From the NCBI GenBank assembly GCA_965248755.1, contig OZ252149.1, positions 1 to 64,000 on the forward strand: a stretch of 64,000 nucleotides of DNA, written 5' to 3'. Source of the DNA: Candidatus Latescibacterota bacterium. Its GTDB lineage: Bacteria; Latescibacterota; CBDEFO01. Below the pieces are notes generated by a model. It ran no database searches, was not told the origin of the DNA, and saw only the letters and a list, made by a program, of their open reading frames with translations. Position 1 is the first letter of the stretch, and the number at the start of each line of letters is the position of its first letter. Position numbers and translations under genes: made by a program. Below, in pieces: positions 22,038 to 31,252 of the stretch.

Positions 22038-22412
22038 CAACGGCATGCAGCTGCCAGTCCTGCCTGTCACAGCCCTGGCATTGGGTGGTGTCTTGCGACA
22101 TGGTCCGATCTACCCTATCCCTGGTCCCATCCTTTGCGGGATGGTTTACACTTCAACAATTTGTACGAGTAGCGGCATTCGAGTGGAGAGGTGTAGGTTC
22201 CCGTCCGCTTGGTATGGTATTCAAGGGGCTTATCTAACGTATTGTAAGATAGCAAGATACGTGATGAGCCCCCATTTTTAATTGACTTTATTGGTTCTAT
22301 GTATTATTATGAGGTTATATGATTTTATACCACTTTTGATAGGCTATTGACACTATTTGGTCACCACTTGCACAGTTTCTCTTGACAGCCACTATTGTCT
22401 TTCTTATCTTCT

Positions 22413-22589
22413 TTGGCAAGTTTAAACAGTCTGTATATAATCCCTACAAAACTTATGATAATTATGACTTAACAGAGTGATATTTTTAATATCATAGGTT
22501 TTTTCTTAATATTTCAGTGGGGTCTTATATAGCTCAAATAGCCGTATATAGGTTCTTAGCATAGAAAACTGTATAAGCCCTGGTTATAT
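22413..22589 (+). repeat. attI-like platform copy 4 with candidate Pc promoter
   Basis: TTGGCA-N17-TATAAT (22413-22441); ends TAAGCCCTG-GTTATAT. Confidence 0.8.
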
Positions 22590-22632
22590 TTTTTAAGAAC
22601 TGAATTTAAGAATCTAATTGTATGATCTAATA

Positions 22633-22882
22633 ATGAACAAAAAGAAATTATTACTAAAAATACTTTCAGGATCAAAAAATATTAGATTTAATGAAGTAAG
22701 AACATGTGTGGAATCATTTGGATTTAATTTAGATCGTATTACTGGCAAGTCACCATATTTTCTCAAATCCAAAAGTTAAAGAATTAGTCAATATTCAAGA
22801 TGTTAAAGGAAAGGCTAAACCTTATCAAATTAAACAGTTTTTAAGTATAGTAGAAAAGTATAACCTTCAAATGGAGGATTAG
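22633..22882 (+). pseudogene. hicA: HicA toxin with +1 frameshift near 22747
   Basis: MNKKKLLLKILSGSKNIRF...; corrected TGSHHIF...NIQ...KAKPYQIKQ. Confidence 0.82.
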
Positions 22883-22884
22883 TT

Positions 22885-23112
22885 ATGAATGATTATCATA
22901 TCAATATTTTTTATAGTGAAGATGATGAGGGGTATATCGCAGATTTTCCTGATCTAGATCATTGCTCAGCCTTTGGTAATACACCTGAAGAAGCCTTACA
23001 TGAAGCATTAAAAGCCAAAAAGGCATGGATTGAGGTAGCAAAATCAAAAAATAAATCCATTCCAAAGCCCTGCTATAAAGCCGGTAATTTATCAAGTAGC
23101 GTAATTACTTAA
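22885..23112 (+). CDS. hicB: HicB antitoxin (extreme C-terminus probably frameshifted)
   Basis: YSEDDEGYIADFPDL..CSAFGNTPEEA...AW...IPKP. Confidence 0.88.
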   Translation: MNDYHINIFYSEDDEGYIADFPDLDHCSAFGNTPEEALHEALKAKKAWIEVAKSKNKSIPKPCYKAGNLSSSVIT

Positions 23113-23120
23113 AAATCAGA

Positions 23121-23180
23121 ATATAACAAACCCTATAAGCCGACGCGATAAACCTGCGCGGCTGATGCTCGACGTTCGGT
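23121..23180 (+). other. attC site (60 bp)
   Basis: R'' ATATAAC is the exact reverse complement of the cassette-start GTTATAT; R' GTTCGGT; internal arms AGCCG(A)CGC / GCGCGGCT. Confidence 0.82.
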
Positions 23181-23191
23181 GAATAGAGAAA

Positions 23192-24070
23192 ATGACAAAT
23201 AGTAACTCAATAATCAATTTTGGAGAACTTTCTAAACCTGCAACTGTTTTGATAGAAAAAATATCGGATGCTGTTGGAGGCTACTTCAAGCCTTATCAAA
23301 TTAAACGTGTTGCTAAAGCAGAAGGGAATGCAGATATAATAAAAGCACAGGCCCAAATAGATGTGACTGATATTCAACGACGGGCAATCAGTCGATTTGT
23401 CTTTGAAGAAGCAAGAAAGCAAGATAACATTGAAAAGATTACTGAAAAGGCCATTCCTCAATTAGAAGAATGTTCTGCTCCACAAAACGTGGAAGACGAT
23501 TGGATCATAAACTTCTTCGACAAATGCCGAATAGTCTCTGATGATGATATGCAGAAGCTCTGGTCGCGAGTCCTCGCTGATGAAGCAAATTCACCCGGCG
23601 CGTTCTCCAGAAAAACCGTCAACTTGTTGGCTGACTTAGATAAGAGCGATGCAGAGTTGTTTATACGCCTTCGCAGCTTCGGTTGGATGATAGGTGACAT
23701 CGTGCCGCTCGTGTATGACTTTCAGGACGAGATTTACAACCGCCACGGAATCAATTTCAGTTCTCTTGCTCATCTCGAAAGTCTTGGATTTGTCCAGATC
23801 AGTCAAATCTCAGAATTTCAGCGTTCGAAGTTGCCGAAGAAAGTTACTGTCTCCTACTACGGTAGACCGGTGGAACTAACGTTTCCCACGGACGCTGACA
23901 ATGAGCTGGACTTGGGGAAGGTGCTCCTAACACGAGCTGGACAAGAGCTCGCCCCCGTTTGCGGGTCCAAACCAGTCAATGGGTTCTTTGACTTCGTGTA
24001 CAACAAGTGGGCGAGTCAGTCTCTTGTGTCGAAGAGAGAAACCGAACAAGGCACTCCAGCGGACGGTTAA
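23192..24070 (+). CDS. DUF2806 domain protein (cassette)
   Basis: KPATVLIEKIS, KQDNIE, DDWIINFFD, MQKLWSRVLADE..PG.FS. Confidence 0.82.
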   Translation: MTNSNSIINFGELSKPATVLIEKISDAVGGYFKPYQIKRVAKAEGNADIIKAQAQIDVTDIQRRAISRFVFEEARKQDNIEKITEKAIPQLEECSAPQNVEDDWIINFFDKCRIVSDDDMQKLWSRVLADEANSPGAFSRKTVNLLADLDKSDAELFIRLRSFGWMIGDIVPLVYDFQDEIYNRHGINFSSLAHLESLGFVQISQISEFQRSKLPKKVTVSYYGRPVELTFPTDADNELDLGKVLLTRAGQELAPVCGSKPVNGFFDFVYNKWASQSLVSKRETEQGTPADG

Positions 24071-24097
24071 CGCCGGCGCTGAATTCAATCGTTCGGC
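24041..24097 (+). other. attC site (57 bp)
   Basis: R'' ACCGAAC is the exact reverse complement of the cassette-start GTTCGGT; R' GTTCGGC. Confidence 0.78.
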
Positions 24098-24225
24098 AAC
24101 ATAATCTGGGGATTCAAAGTACTATTTGTATAAGAAGCAAGAAAATATCTATTTTAACTTAGTTAGTGTAATTGGTGTATATATTTGGATAGGTTAATAC
24201 ATATCAAAAGAAAGCTGATAAGTCG
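24091..24225 (+). repeat. Conserved non-coding 3' flank B, copy 2
   Basis: Diverged direct repeat of 20217-20349. Confidence 0.85.
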
Positions 24226-24390
24226 TTGAATGAAGCGTCACAAGGGTTGCACCGAAAGACTGGATTCAAGCCTTATCAGTTATGTTGGAGAAATTGCTGG
24301 ATACCGGAAGTTTTTGATTTATTGACAGTAGTCAGAGAGAAGTGGGGACGACCCGTATGCTGTCTACTGTTTGCTGTCTACTTACTCAAG

Positions 24391-24466
24391 GGGGCAGTAG
24401 CTCAGTTGGGAGAGCGCATCCCTCGCACGGATGAGGCCAGGAGTTCGATTCTCCTCTGCTCCACCA
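24391..24466 (+). tRNA. tRNA-Ala(CGC)
   Basis: GGGGCAG/CTGCTCC acceptor with G3:U70, CATCC-CTCGCAC-GGATG anticodon arm, CCA end. Confidence 0.95.
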
Positions 24467-24477
24467 TATAATACGAC

Positions 24478-24751
24478 TGGTCGTGCTAGACGGGGAGATA
24501 GCGGTGCCCTGGTTCCCGCAATCCGCTACAGCGGGGTTTAATTCCCGAGTTGAGGCCCAACCGCTGTGAAAACGACCGGGGGAAAGCGGCGTTGAAGATC
24601 AGGTCCTGCGCAACGGGAAGCCGTTGAATCCCGTCAGGACCGGAAGGTAGCAGCGGTAGACGGAACTTGTCGTGTGCCGCAGGGCAACCTGGTTGGAGCT
24701 GGCTATCCCTGGAACGCTCAGGACGGGGGGTCGAAGGAGGGTGCACGACCA
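24478..24751 (+). ncRNA. ffs: Signal recognition particle RNA, long Alu-containing type
   Basis: TCAGGACCGGAAGGTAGCAG helix 8; terminal TGGTCGTGC/GCACGACCA pairing; directly upstream of dnaX. Confidence 0.92.
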
Positions 24752-24791
24752 TTCTTTACTTTTTGACTCGTAAACCGAGGCAACTGAAGTT

Positions 24792-26447
24792 ATGTCCTAC
24801 ATTGTAATGGCAAGGAAATGGCGCCCCTCCCTCTTTGAGGACGTGGTGTCCCAGGATCACGTGACAGCTACCCTCAAGAACGCTATAGCCTCTGAGAGAA
24901 TAGCTCACTCTTATCTTTTCTCAGGCCCAAGGGGAGTCGGCAAGACTACGACTGCCCGAATCCTTGCAAAAGCCGTAAACTGCGCAAGTGGGCCAACTCC
25001 TACTCCCTGTAACGAATGCACATCGTGCAAAGAAATAAGGGACGGCAGAAATCTGGATGTCCTTGAGATCGACGGGGCATCGAACAGAGGCATAGACGAG
25101 ATAAGGGAACTTCGGGAGACGGTGGGCTATGTCCCTATGCAGGGCAAGTACAAAGTCTACATCATAGACGAAGTCCACATGCTCACCCCCGAAGCGTTCA
25201 ACGCCCTTTTGAAGACATTAGAAGAACCTCCACCCCGCATAATGTTCATCTTCGCCACCACAGAACCGCATAAGATCCCTGCTACTATCCTTTCAAGGTG
25301 TCAACGGTTCGATTTCAAAAGGATACCCACCGAGGATATAGTCGAAACACTCAGGTCTATAGCCCAAGCTGAAGGCATAAACACAGATGACGATGTGCTT
25401 TTTCTCATTGCAAGGAAAGCCGATGGCGCCCTGCGAGACGCCCAGAGCCTCTTCGACCAAATCGTCTCCTTTGCGGGAAAGGATGTCTCCTTTGAATCTG
25501 CAAGAGAGATCCTGGGATTAATAGATAGAGATCTACTGTTCCATCTAACAGACGCTATGTCCTCAAAGGACGCCTCACAGGGACTCGGTTTAGTCTCCGC
25601 AGCCCTGGAGTCAGGGGCCAATATAGGAGAGCTTTTGACAGATCTCATAGAACACCTCAGGAATCTCCTCTTTGCCAAAATCGAGGGCGGGATGAGAAGT
25701 ATTGAGGGGACAGAGTCCGAAAAAGAAAGATACCAGGAAGCCTCCCGGGACTTCTCCGAGGAAGACCTTTTGAGGATGATCAAGATACTATCTGATCTTG
25801 AACTTACGATAAGCAGGAGTTCGCAACCCAGATTCAGGCTCGAAATGGCAATCGTTAAGCTTGTGCATCTGGAGTCCACGGTCCTCCTTAAAGACCTGCT
25901 CGAGAGACTGTCGAATCTGGAAACGAAGCTCTGTTCAGGTGGAATCCCACAAAGTGCTGAGCCGCCATCTGTCTCTCCTCAAGAAGACTTCTTCGAAAAT
26001 GCTCCTCCGAAAGCCCAAGGGCAACAGGAGATAACGGCCCAGGAGGAAAACCCCGAAGAACCAAAAGGAGATGTTGAGGGGGAGCCTATAGAGACAACCT
26101 TAGAAAATCTTCAGGACAATTGGGGCAAAGTTTTGGATAGAGTAAAAAAGAAGAGCATATCTCTTGGCACTTTTCTTTCTACCGACGGACGGCCAGAAAG
26201 TATAAGCGACGGTGTGTTGACCCTATGTTTCCAAAGTGACAACTCCTTTTGCGCAACTCAGGTCAAGAGAAAGAAGAAGACTCTGGAAGCTGTGCTGTCT
26301 GAAATATTCAGGCAAAATCCCAAGGTCCATTGTGTAATCGTGGAAAACCAAGAGGCTAGGGTTAAAGAAGAAGCCGATAACGACAACGTAGCCCTTCAGA
26401 ACGTTATGGAGATATTTGACGGAGAGCTGATGAGCTACGATCAATAA
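24792..26447 (+). CDS. dnaX: DNA polymerase III gamma/tau
   Basis: ARKWRP, GPRGVGKTT, IIDEVHML, SRCQRF. Confidence 0.97.
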   Translation: MSYIVMARKWRPSLFEDVVSQDHVTATLKNAIASERIAHSYLFSGPRGVGKTTTARILAKAVNCASGPTPTPCNECTSCKEIRDGRNLDVLEIDGASNRGIDEIRELRETVGYVPMQGKYKVYIIDEVHMLTPEAFNALLKTLEEPPPRIMFIFATTEPHKIPATILSRCQRFDFKRIPTEDIVETLRSIAQAEGINTDDDVLFLIARKADGALRDAQSLFDQIVSFAGKDVSFESAREILGLIDRDLLFHLTDAMSSKDASQGLGLVSAALESGANIGELLTDLIEHLRNLLFAKIEGGMRSIEGTESEKERYQEASRDFSEEDLLRMIKILSDLELTISRSSQPRFRLEMAIVKLVHLESTVLLKDLLERLSNLETKLCSGGIPQSAEPPSVSPQEDFFENAPPKAQGQQEITAQEENPEEPKGDVEGEPIETTLENLQDNWGKVLDRVKKKSISLGTFLSTDGRPESISDGVLTLCFQSDNSFCATQVKRKKKTLEAVLSEIFRQNPKVHCVIVENQEARVKEEADNDNVALQNVMEIFDGELMSYDQ

Positions 26448-26472
26448 ACTCAAAAATACAGAGGAGCACAAA

Positions 26473-26814
26473 ATGGCAAAGGGTCTTGCGGGACTGATGA
26501 AGCAGGCTCAGGAACTTCAAGAAAAGATGATGAAGGTCCAGGATCAATTGGAAAACGTAACGGTAGATGGGTCTTCAGGAGGAGGCATGGTCACAGTCGT
26601 GGCCAACGGCAAGCAGGAGGTTGTATCCATCAAGATAGACACTGAGGTAGTTGACCCGGATGATATAGAGATGTTAGAAGATCTCATCGTAGCGGCTATC
26701 AAACAGGCAAAGGACAAAGCCCAAGAACTCGCCGAAGAAGAGATGAAGAAAGTCACTGCTGGAATTTCACCCCAGATGATGGGCGGCTTGAAGATTCCTG
26801 GCCTGGGATTTTAG
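26473..26814 (+). CDS. ybaB: YbaB/EbfC nucleoid-associated protein
   Basis: MKQAQ...GGGMVTV...DIEMLEDLIVAA; dnaX-recR synteny. Confidence 0.94.
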   Translation: MAKGLAGLMKQAQELQEKMMKVQDQLENVTVDGSSGGGMVTVVANGKQEVVSIKIDTEVVDPDDIEMLEDLIVAAIKQAKDKAQELAEEEMKKVTAGISPQMMGGLKIPGLGF

Positions 26815-26834
26815 CTTAATCAATTTGAGCGAAT

Positions 26835-27434
26835 ATGAACGCGGTGGAAAGACTCATAGGAGAACTTAGAAAGCTACCTGGTGTGGGAGAGAGCACAGCC
26901 CGGAGAATGACCTTCTTCATACTCAAACAGGATAGAGAAGAATCCATATCCCTGGCCAAAGCCATCGTGGCCTTAAAAGACAATGTAGGCTATTGTTCGA
27001 TCTGCTTCAATGTGACAGAACAAGACCCCTGCTCTATATGCTCAAATCCCCGCAGGGATCATAAAAAAATATGCGTCGTCGAAGAAGCCAGTGACGTGAT
27101 AGCCCTGGAAAAAGCCAGCTTCAACGGGATCTATCACGTTTTGGGAGGAGCTCTGTCTCCTCTGGACGGGATAGGCCCGGAGGACCTCAAAATAGAGGAA
27201 CTGATAGAAAGAGTTAAAGACAACGCAGAGGAAGTTATAATAGCCTGCAATCCCACAGTGGACGGCCAGGCAACCGCTACTCACTTAGCCACTATACTGG
27301 CTAACATACAGGGTATTAAAGTGTCGCAACTTCCTGTAGGACTGCCCATGGGTGGAGCATTGGAGCTTTCAGATGAAGTTACCCTATCCAGGGCTTTAGA
27401 AGGACGCCAGAAGATAGTAGACACTGGACAGTAG
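26835..27434 (+). CDS. recR: Recombination protein RecR
   Basis: LPGVG HhH, C4 zinc finger, YHVLGGALSPLDGIGP. Confidence 0.96.
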   Translation: MNAVERLIGELRKLPGVGESTARRMTFFILKQDREESISLAKAIVALKDNVGYCSICFNVTEQDPCSICSNPRRDHKKICVVEEASDVIALEKASFNGIYHVLGGALSPLDGIGPEDLKIEELIERVKDNAEEVIIACNPTVDGQATATHLATILANIQGIKVSQLPVGLPMGGALELSDEVTLSRALEGRQKIVDTGQ

Positions 27435-27671
27435 ACAGCATACAGGGTATCCCCACTCCTACCCGACTACTGTCTTACGAGATTGTTCGCTATCCCCGAT
27501 AGATTCAATCGGGATAGCAATGACGGTTTAGGGACTCAAGATGACGTTACGAGGGCTTTGGCCTTCTGTCACTGCGAGGGTCCATACCCCGAAGCAATCT
27601 CAAGGGAGGGTGAGGAGGTGTCCCTGTTTACTGTCTACTTATTTGTGAGGGTCGTCAGAAAGTAGAATAAC

Positions 27672-28259
27672 ATGAAAAACCTGATAAATCTACCCAATGC
27701 CTTGACCACTTCCAGGATCATACTGACTCCGATATTCTTCATCTTGGTCCTATCCGAAAGTTGGCATTTCAAGGGTCTGGCGCTGGTGGTATTCGGCATC
27801 GCTTCACTTACGGACCTTTGTGATGGCTATTTGGCCAGAAAGCGTGGAAACTCATCCAGATTTGGGCGATTCCTCGATCCCTTAGCCGATAAGATCCTCG
27901 TCTCATCTGCGCTGATCTCGTTTGTGCTTTTAAAGATCGTAGCAGTGTGGCTTGTGGCCGCTATTTTGATAAGAGACTTTGTGATAACGGCTTTGAGGAT
28001 GTACGCCATCTATCGGGGCAGACAGATAGCTCCATCCAGATTAGCCAAATGGAAAACCACCATACAATTGGTCGCCATCTTTTTGATATTGGGCTTTATG
28101 AGCGCACGCGCCACCTTGGACGAATTCAAATTTAAGATGTGGTTTATCCACGATTCCTGGTCGTACAGTCTGCCAGACGGCCTTATGGTAATAGTAGCAT
28201 TGGTAACGGTGGTCTCAGGCGTGCGTTATCTTACAAATAGCGGTAGGCAGAAGCCTTGA
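27672..28259 (+). CDS. pgsA: CDP-diacylglycerol--glycerol-3-phosphate phosphatidyltransferase
   Basis: NLPNALT, DLCDGYLAR...GRFLDPLADK. Confidence 0.92.
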   Translation: MKNLINLPNALTTSRIILTPIFFILVLSESWHFKGLALVVFGIASLTDLCDGYLARKRGNSSRFGRFLDPLADKILVSSALISFVLLKIVAVWLVAAILIRDFVITALRMYAIYRGRQIAPSRLAKWKTTIQLVAIFLILGFMSARATLDEFKFKMWFIHDSWSYSLPDGLMVIVALVTVVSGVRYLTNSGRQKP

Positions 28260-28714
28260 TAGCAGGGGAACCTAAACGCCTTATCGCTACAGGCTGTTAT
28301 TCGGGGTATTCCCCCTTTGCACCGGGGACAGCAGGAAGCGCCCTCGGAGTCGTAATCTACTGGCTTATCTCTGAGTTGAACTTTACGGAGTGGGCTATAT
28401 CTTTGCCCCTCCTCTTTCTTTTAGGTGTATATGTCTCCGGATGGGGCGAAAGGCAATGGGGTTCCGATCCTCCAAGAGTCGTAATAGATGAGATCACAGG
28501 ACTTTATGTTACCTATGCCTTCCTGCCCAAAACGATGTGGGTAATCGTCCTGGGATTTTTTCTCTTTCGGGGATTCGACATCATCAAGCCCACTCCGGCA
28601 AGACGCTCTGAGTCCCTCAAAGGAGGATGGGGGATTATGACAGACGATGTAGTCGCGGGAATATACGCCAACTTAACGTTGAGAATTCTACTTGCTCTGG
28701 AGATACTTAAATGA
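28256..28714 (+). CDS. pgpA: Phosphatidylglycerophosphatase A
   Basis: PFAPGTAGS, DPPRVVIDE, FRGFDIIKP, DDVVAG. Confidence 0.92.
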   Translation: MIAGEPKRLIATGCYSGYSPFAPGTAGSALGVVIYWLISELNFTEWAISLPLLFLLGVYVSGWGERQWGSDPPRVVIDEITGLYVTYAFLPKTMWVIVLGFFLFRGFDIIKPTPARRSESLKGGWGIMTDDVVAGIYANLTLRILLALEILK

Positions 28715-29940
28715 AAGCTGAGATAATAACAATCGGGGACGAGATATTATACGGGCACACTTTAGACACCAACTCAGCCTTCATAGGACAGAGACTATCG
28801 GAGATAGGTGTCTCCTTAGATTGGATCACCTCCGTAGGAGACGATAGAGAGAAGATCAAAGAGGCCTTCAAGAACGCATACCAAAGGTCCGACGCAGTAA
28901 TCGTCACCGGCGGGCTCGGTCCTACGCACGACGATGTGACGAAACATGTATTCATAGACTTCTTCGACATGGGTCTCGTCTTAAACGAGGAGATTTTAGA
29001 CAGCGTTAGACAGATGTTCCGTCAAAGAGGGCTAAAGATGCCCGAGAGCAACATAGATCAGGCGATGGTGCCTGACGCCGCTGAAGTCCTGGAAAACTCC
29101 GTGGGGACAGCCCCGGGTGTGCACCTTGAAAGAGAGGAAAAACACTTTTTCCTCGTCCCGGGCGTCCCACGCGAAATGGAGAGAATGGTAGAGGATAGAA
29201 TAATCTCTATACTCCTTGTAGAGGCAAGAGGTAAGGTCACCCATCATCTCAACCTTAGAACCACAGGCATCAGTGAATCGGGCCTCTACAACAGACTCGA
29301 AGATTTAGACGGTCTTGAACACTTAGCCTTCCTTCCGAGCCTCTACGGCGTGGACCTAAGGATCACCATAAAGGGCGAAAGTTTAAGGCTTTGCAAGGAG
29401 AGGTCAGAATCTCTAGCCCAAAAGATAGACGAAAGGGCGGGAGAATACATATATACAAGGGATAGGAGAAGCTTGGAGGAGGTCGTAGGCGAGGAGCTGA
29501 AAAAGAAAGACTTAAGCATCGCCCTTGCCGAATCCAGCACAGGTGGTCTGATAGCCTCCCGCCTAACGGACGTGCCGGGTAGCTCTGAATATTTTGAGAT
29601 GGGAATTGTTGCCTACAACTCCGAATCCAAGATCAAGCTGCTCGACGTCCCTGATGAGACCATCAAGAAATACAAAGCTGTCAGCCCGCAAACCGCCGAG
29701 GCTATGGCAGTGGGCGTTCGCGAACTTGCTAAAGTCGATATAGGACTTTCCGAAACGAGCATCCTGGGTCCCACAGGCGGGACAGAAGAAAGACCCGTAG
29801 GCTTGGTATATCTGGGACTTTCGACCGCTCAAGGCACCATCTCAGAAAAGATTCAATTAGGAACCGAAAGAGCGCCTAACAAAGTAAGGACTTCTCAGGC
29901 GGCAATGGAGATGCTTAGGAGATTTCTTATTAAGTGTTAG
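28711..29940 (+). CDS. cinA: CinA competence/damage-inducible protein (MCD plus PncC)
   Basis: IGDEIL, TGGLGPTHDD, AESSTGG. Confidence 0.92.
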   Translation: MKAEIITIGDEILYGHTLDTNSAFIGQRLSEIGVSLDWITSVGDDREKIKEAFKNAYQRSDAVIVTGGLGPTHDDVTKHVFIDFFDMGLVLNEEILDSVRQMFRQRGLKMPESNIDQAMVPDAAEVLENSVGTAPGVHLEREEKHFFLVPGVPREMERMVEDRIISILLVEARGKVTHHLNLRTTGISESGLYNRLEDLDGLEHLAFLPSLYGVDLRITIKGESLRLCKERSESLAQKIDERAGEYIYTRDRRSLEEVVGEELKKKDLSIALAESSTGGLIASRLTDVPGSSEYFEMGIVAYNSESKIKLLDVPDETIKKYKAVSPQTAEAMAVGVRELAKVDIGLSETSILGPTGGTEERPVGLVYLGLSTAQGTISEKIQLGTERAPNKVRTSQAAMEMLRRFLIKC

Positions 29941-29965
29941 ATAAAACCCCTGGTTCCTTTTTCTA

Positions 29966-31086
29966 ACGATAATTCTTCTATTTTTGGCCGCTTGTTTTCT
30001 GGCCTACTCGAACGGCTCCAACGATAATGTCAAAGGAGTAGCAACTCTTTTCGGAAGTTACACCACAACCTACAAAACCGCGATTTGATGGGCAACGGCT
30101 ACCACATTTTTCGGATCTGCCTGTTCTATCTTCTTTGCCAAGGCTCTTGCCCAGACTTTCTCCGGAGTAGAATTCGTTTCTCAAGATGTTTTTACATCTT
30201 TGGAGTTTCTCACCGCTGTTGCAATCGGTGCTGCACTCACAGTGATTTTGGCTACAGTTACAGGGTTCCCCATCTCCACCACTCACAGCCTTACGGGCGG
30301 TCTGGTAGGTGGTGGACTCGTAGCTGTTGGAAGGAAGGTTGATCTTGCTACATTGAGATTCTCGTTTGTTCTCCCCCTTGTGTTCAGTCCCTTAGTCGCT
30401 ATTCTTCTGGCAGGAGCACTTTACGCATTATTTCGTTGCATACGGATTGGGTTGTGTATCACAAAAGAGTGGTGTGTGCATCGGCCATAGGGAGGAAGTG
30501 ATCCCCATACCTCAACCTGCCTCTGCCCTATTCCTCAGCTGTTTCACAACAGTTGATGTCGCGCTGGACACAGAGGAGAACTACAGGCGGAGGTACAACG
30601 GACAAATCTTTGGGTTGAACTGCCAAAAAGCACTGGACTTTGCTCACTTTGTCAGCGCAGGCATTGTGAGTTTTGCCCGTGGTTTAAACGATACACCCTA
30701 GATTGTGGCCTTAATGCTCTTGATCAAGGGTTTGGGATTAGAATGGGGGACGCTTGCCGTAGCTTTCGGCATGGCAACAGCCGGACTTTTGAACGCTCGT
30801 AACGTAGCAGCGACTATGAACAAGAAGATCACGCCCTTGAACCACGGTCAGGGATTCACCGCCAATATCATCACAGCCACTCTTGTTATCCTGGCAAGCC
30901 GAATGGGAATGCCTGTCTCCACAACTCACATATCTGTGGGTTCCCTCTTTGGAATCGGCCATATTACAAGGAGGGAAATCCGTGCATTGTATATCAGATT
31001 CTGATGTCCTGGGTGTTGACGTTGCCTGTAGCAGCTATATTAAGCTGATGCCTTTACTGGATATTAGCCGGATAGCATCAGTGTAA
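29966..31086 (+). pseudogene. PiT-family inorganic phosphate transporter, disrupted
   Basis: NGSNDNVKG, GFPISTTH, RGLNDTP*, GMPVSTTH, split by frameshifts and a TAG. Confidence 0.85.
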
Positions 31087-31092
31087 AAGATA

Positions 31093-31218
31093 TTGACAAA
31101 TTCATACTCGGTATTTATAATGAGATGTAGAACGAGCATGTTTTGATCTTTGTTAGGTACAACAATTCTATCAAGAATTCAAAATATCCTTGACATTTAT
31201 ACACACGTGCAGTATAAT
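31093..31218 (+). promoter_or_regulatory. Two tandem consensus sigma70 promoters
   Basis: TTGACA-N17-TATAAT at 31093-31121 and again at 31190-31218. Confidence 0.8.
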
Positions 31219-31252
31219 TTTAGAATGAGTGCTATAGCGTTACTTTCGGCTT

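Noticed and set aside
15602..22589. Platform repeats as a CRISPR array
   Set aside because: Units are 95-175 bp, separated by whole genes, and no cas genes are present
11981..30701. In-frame TAG codons (11981, 30699) as pyrrolysine or recoding
   Set aside because: Both genes also carry frameshifts or deletions, and intact genes (recR, alaS, queF) use TAG as stop; ordinary decay explains them
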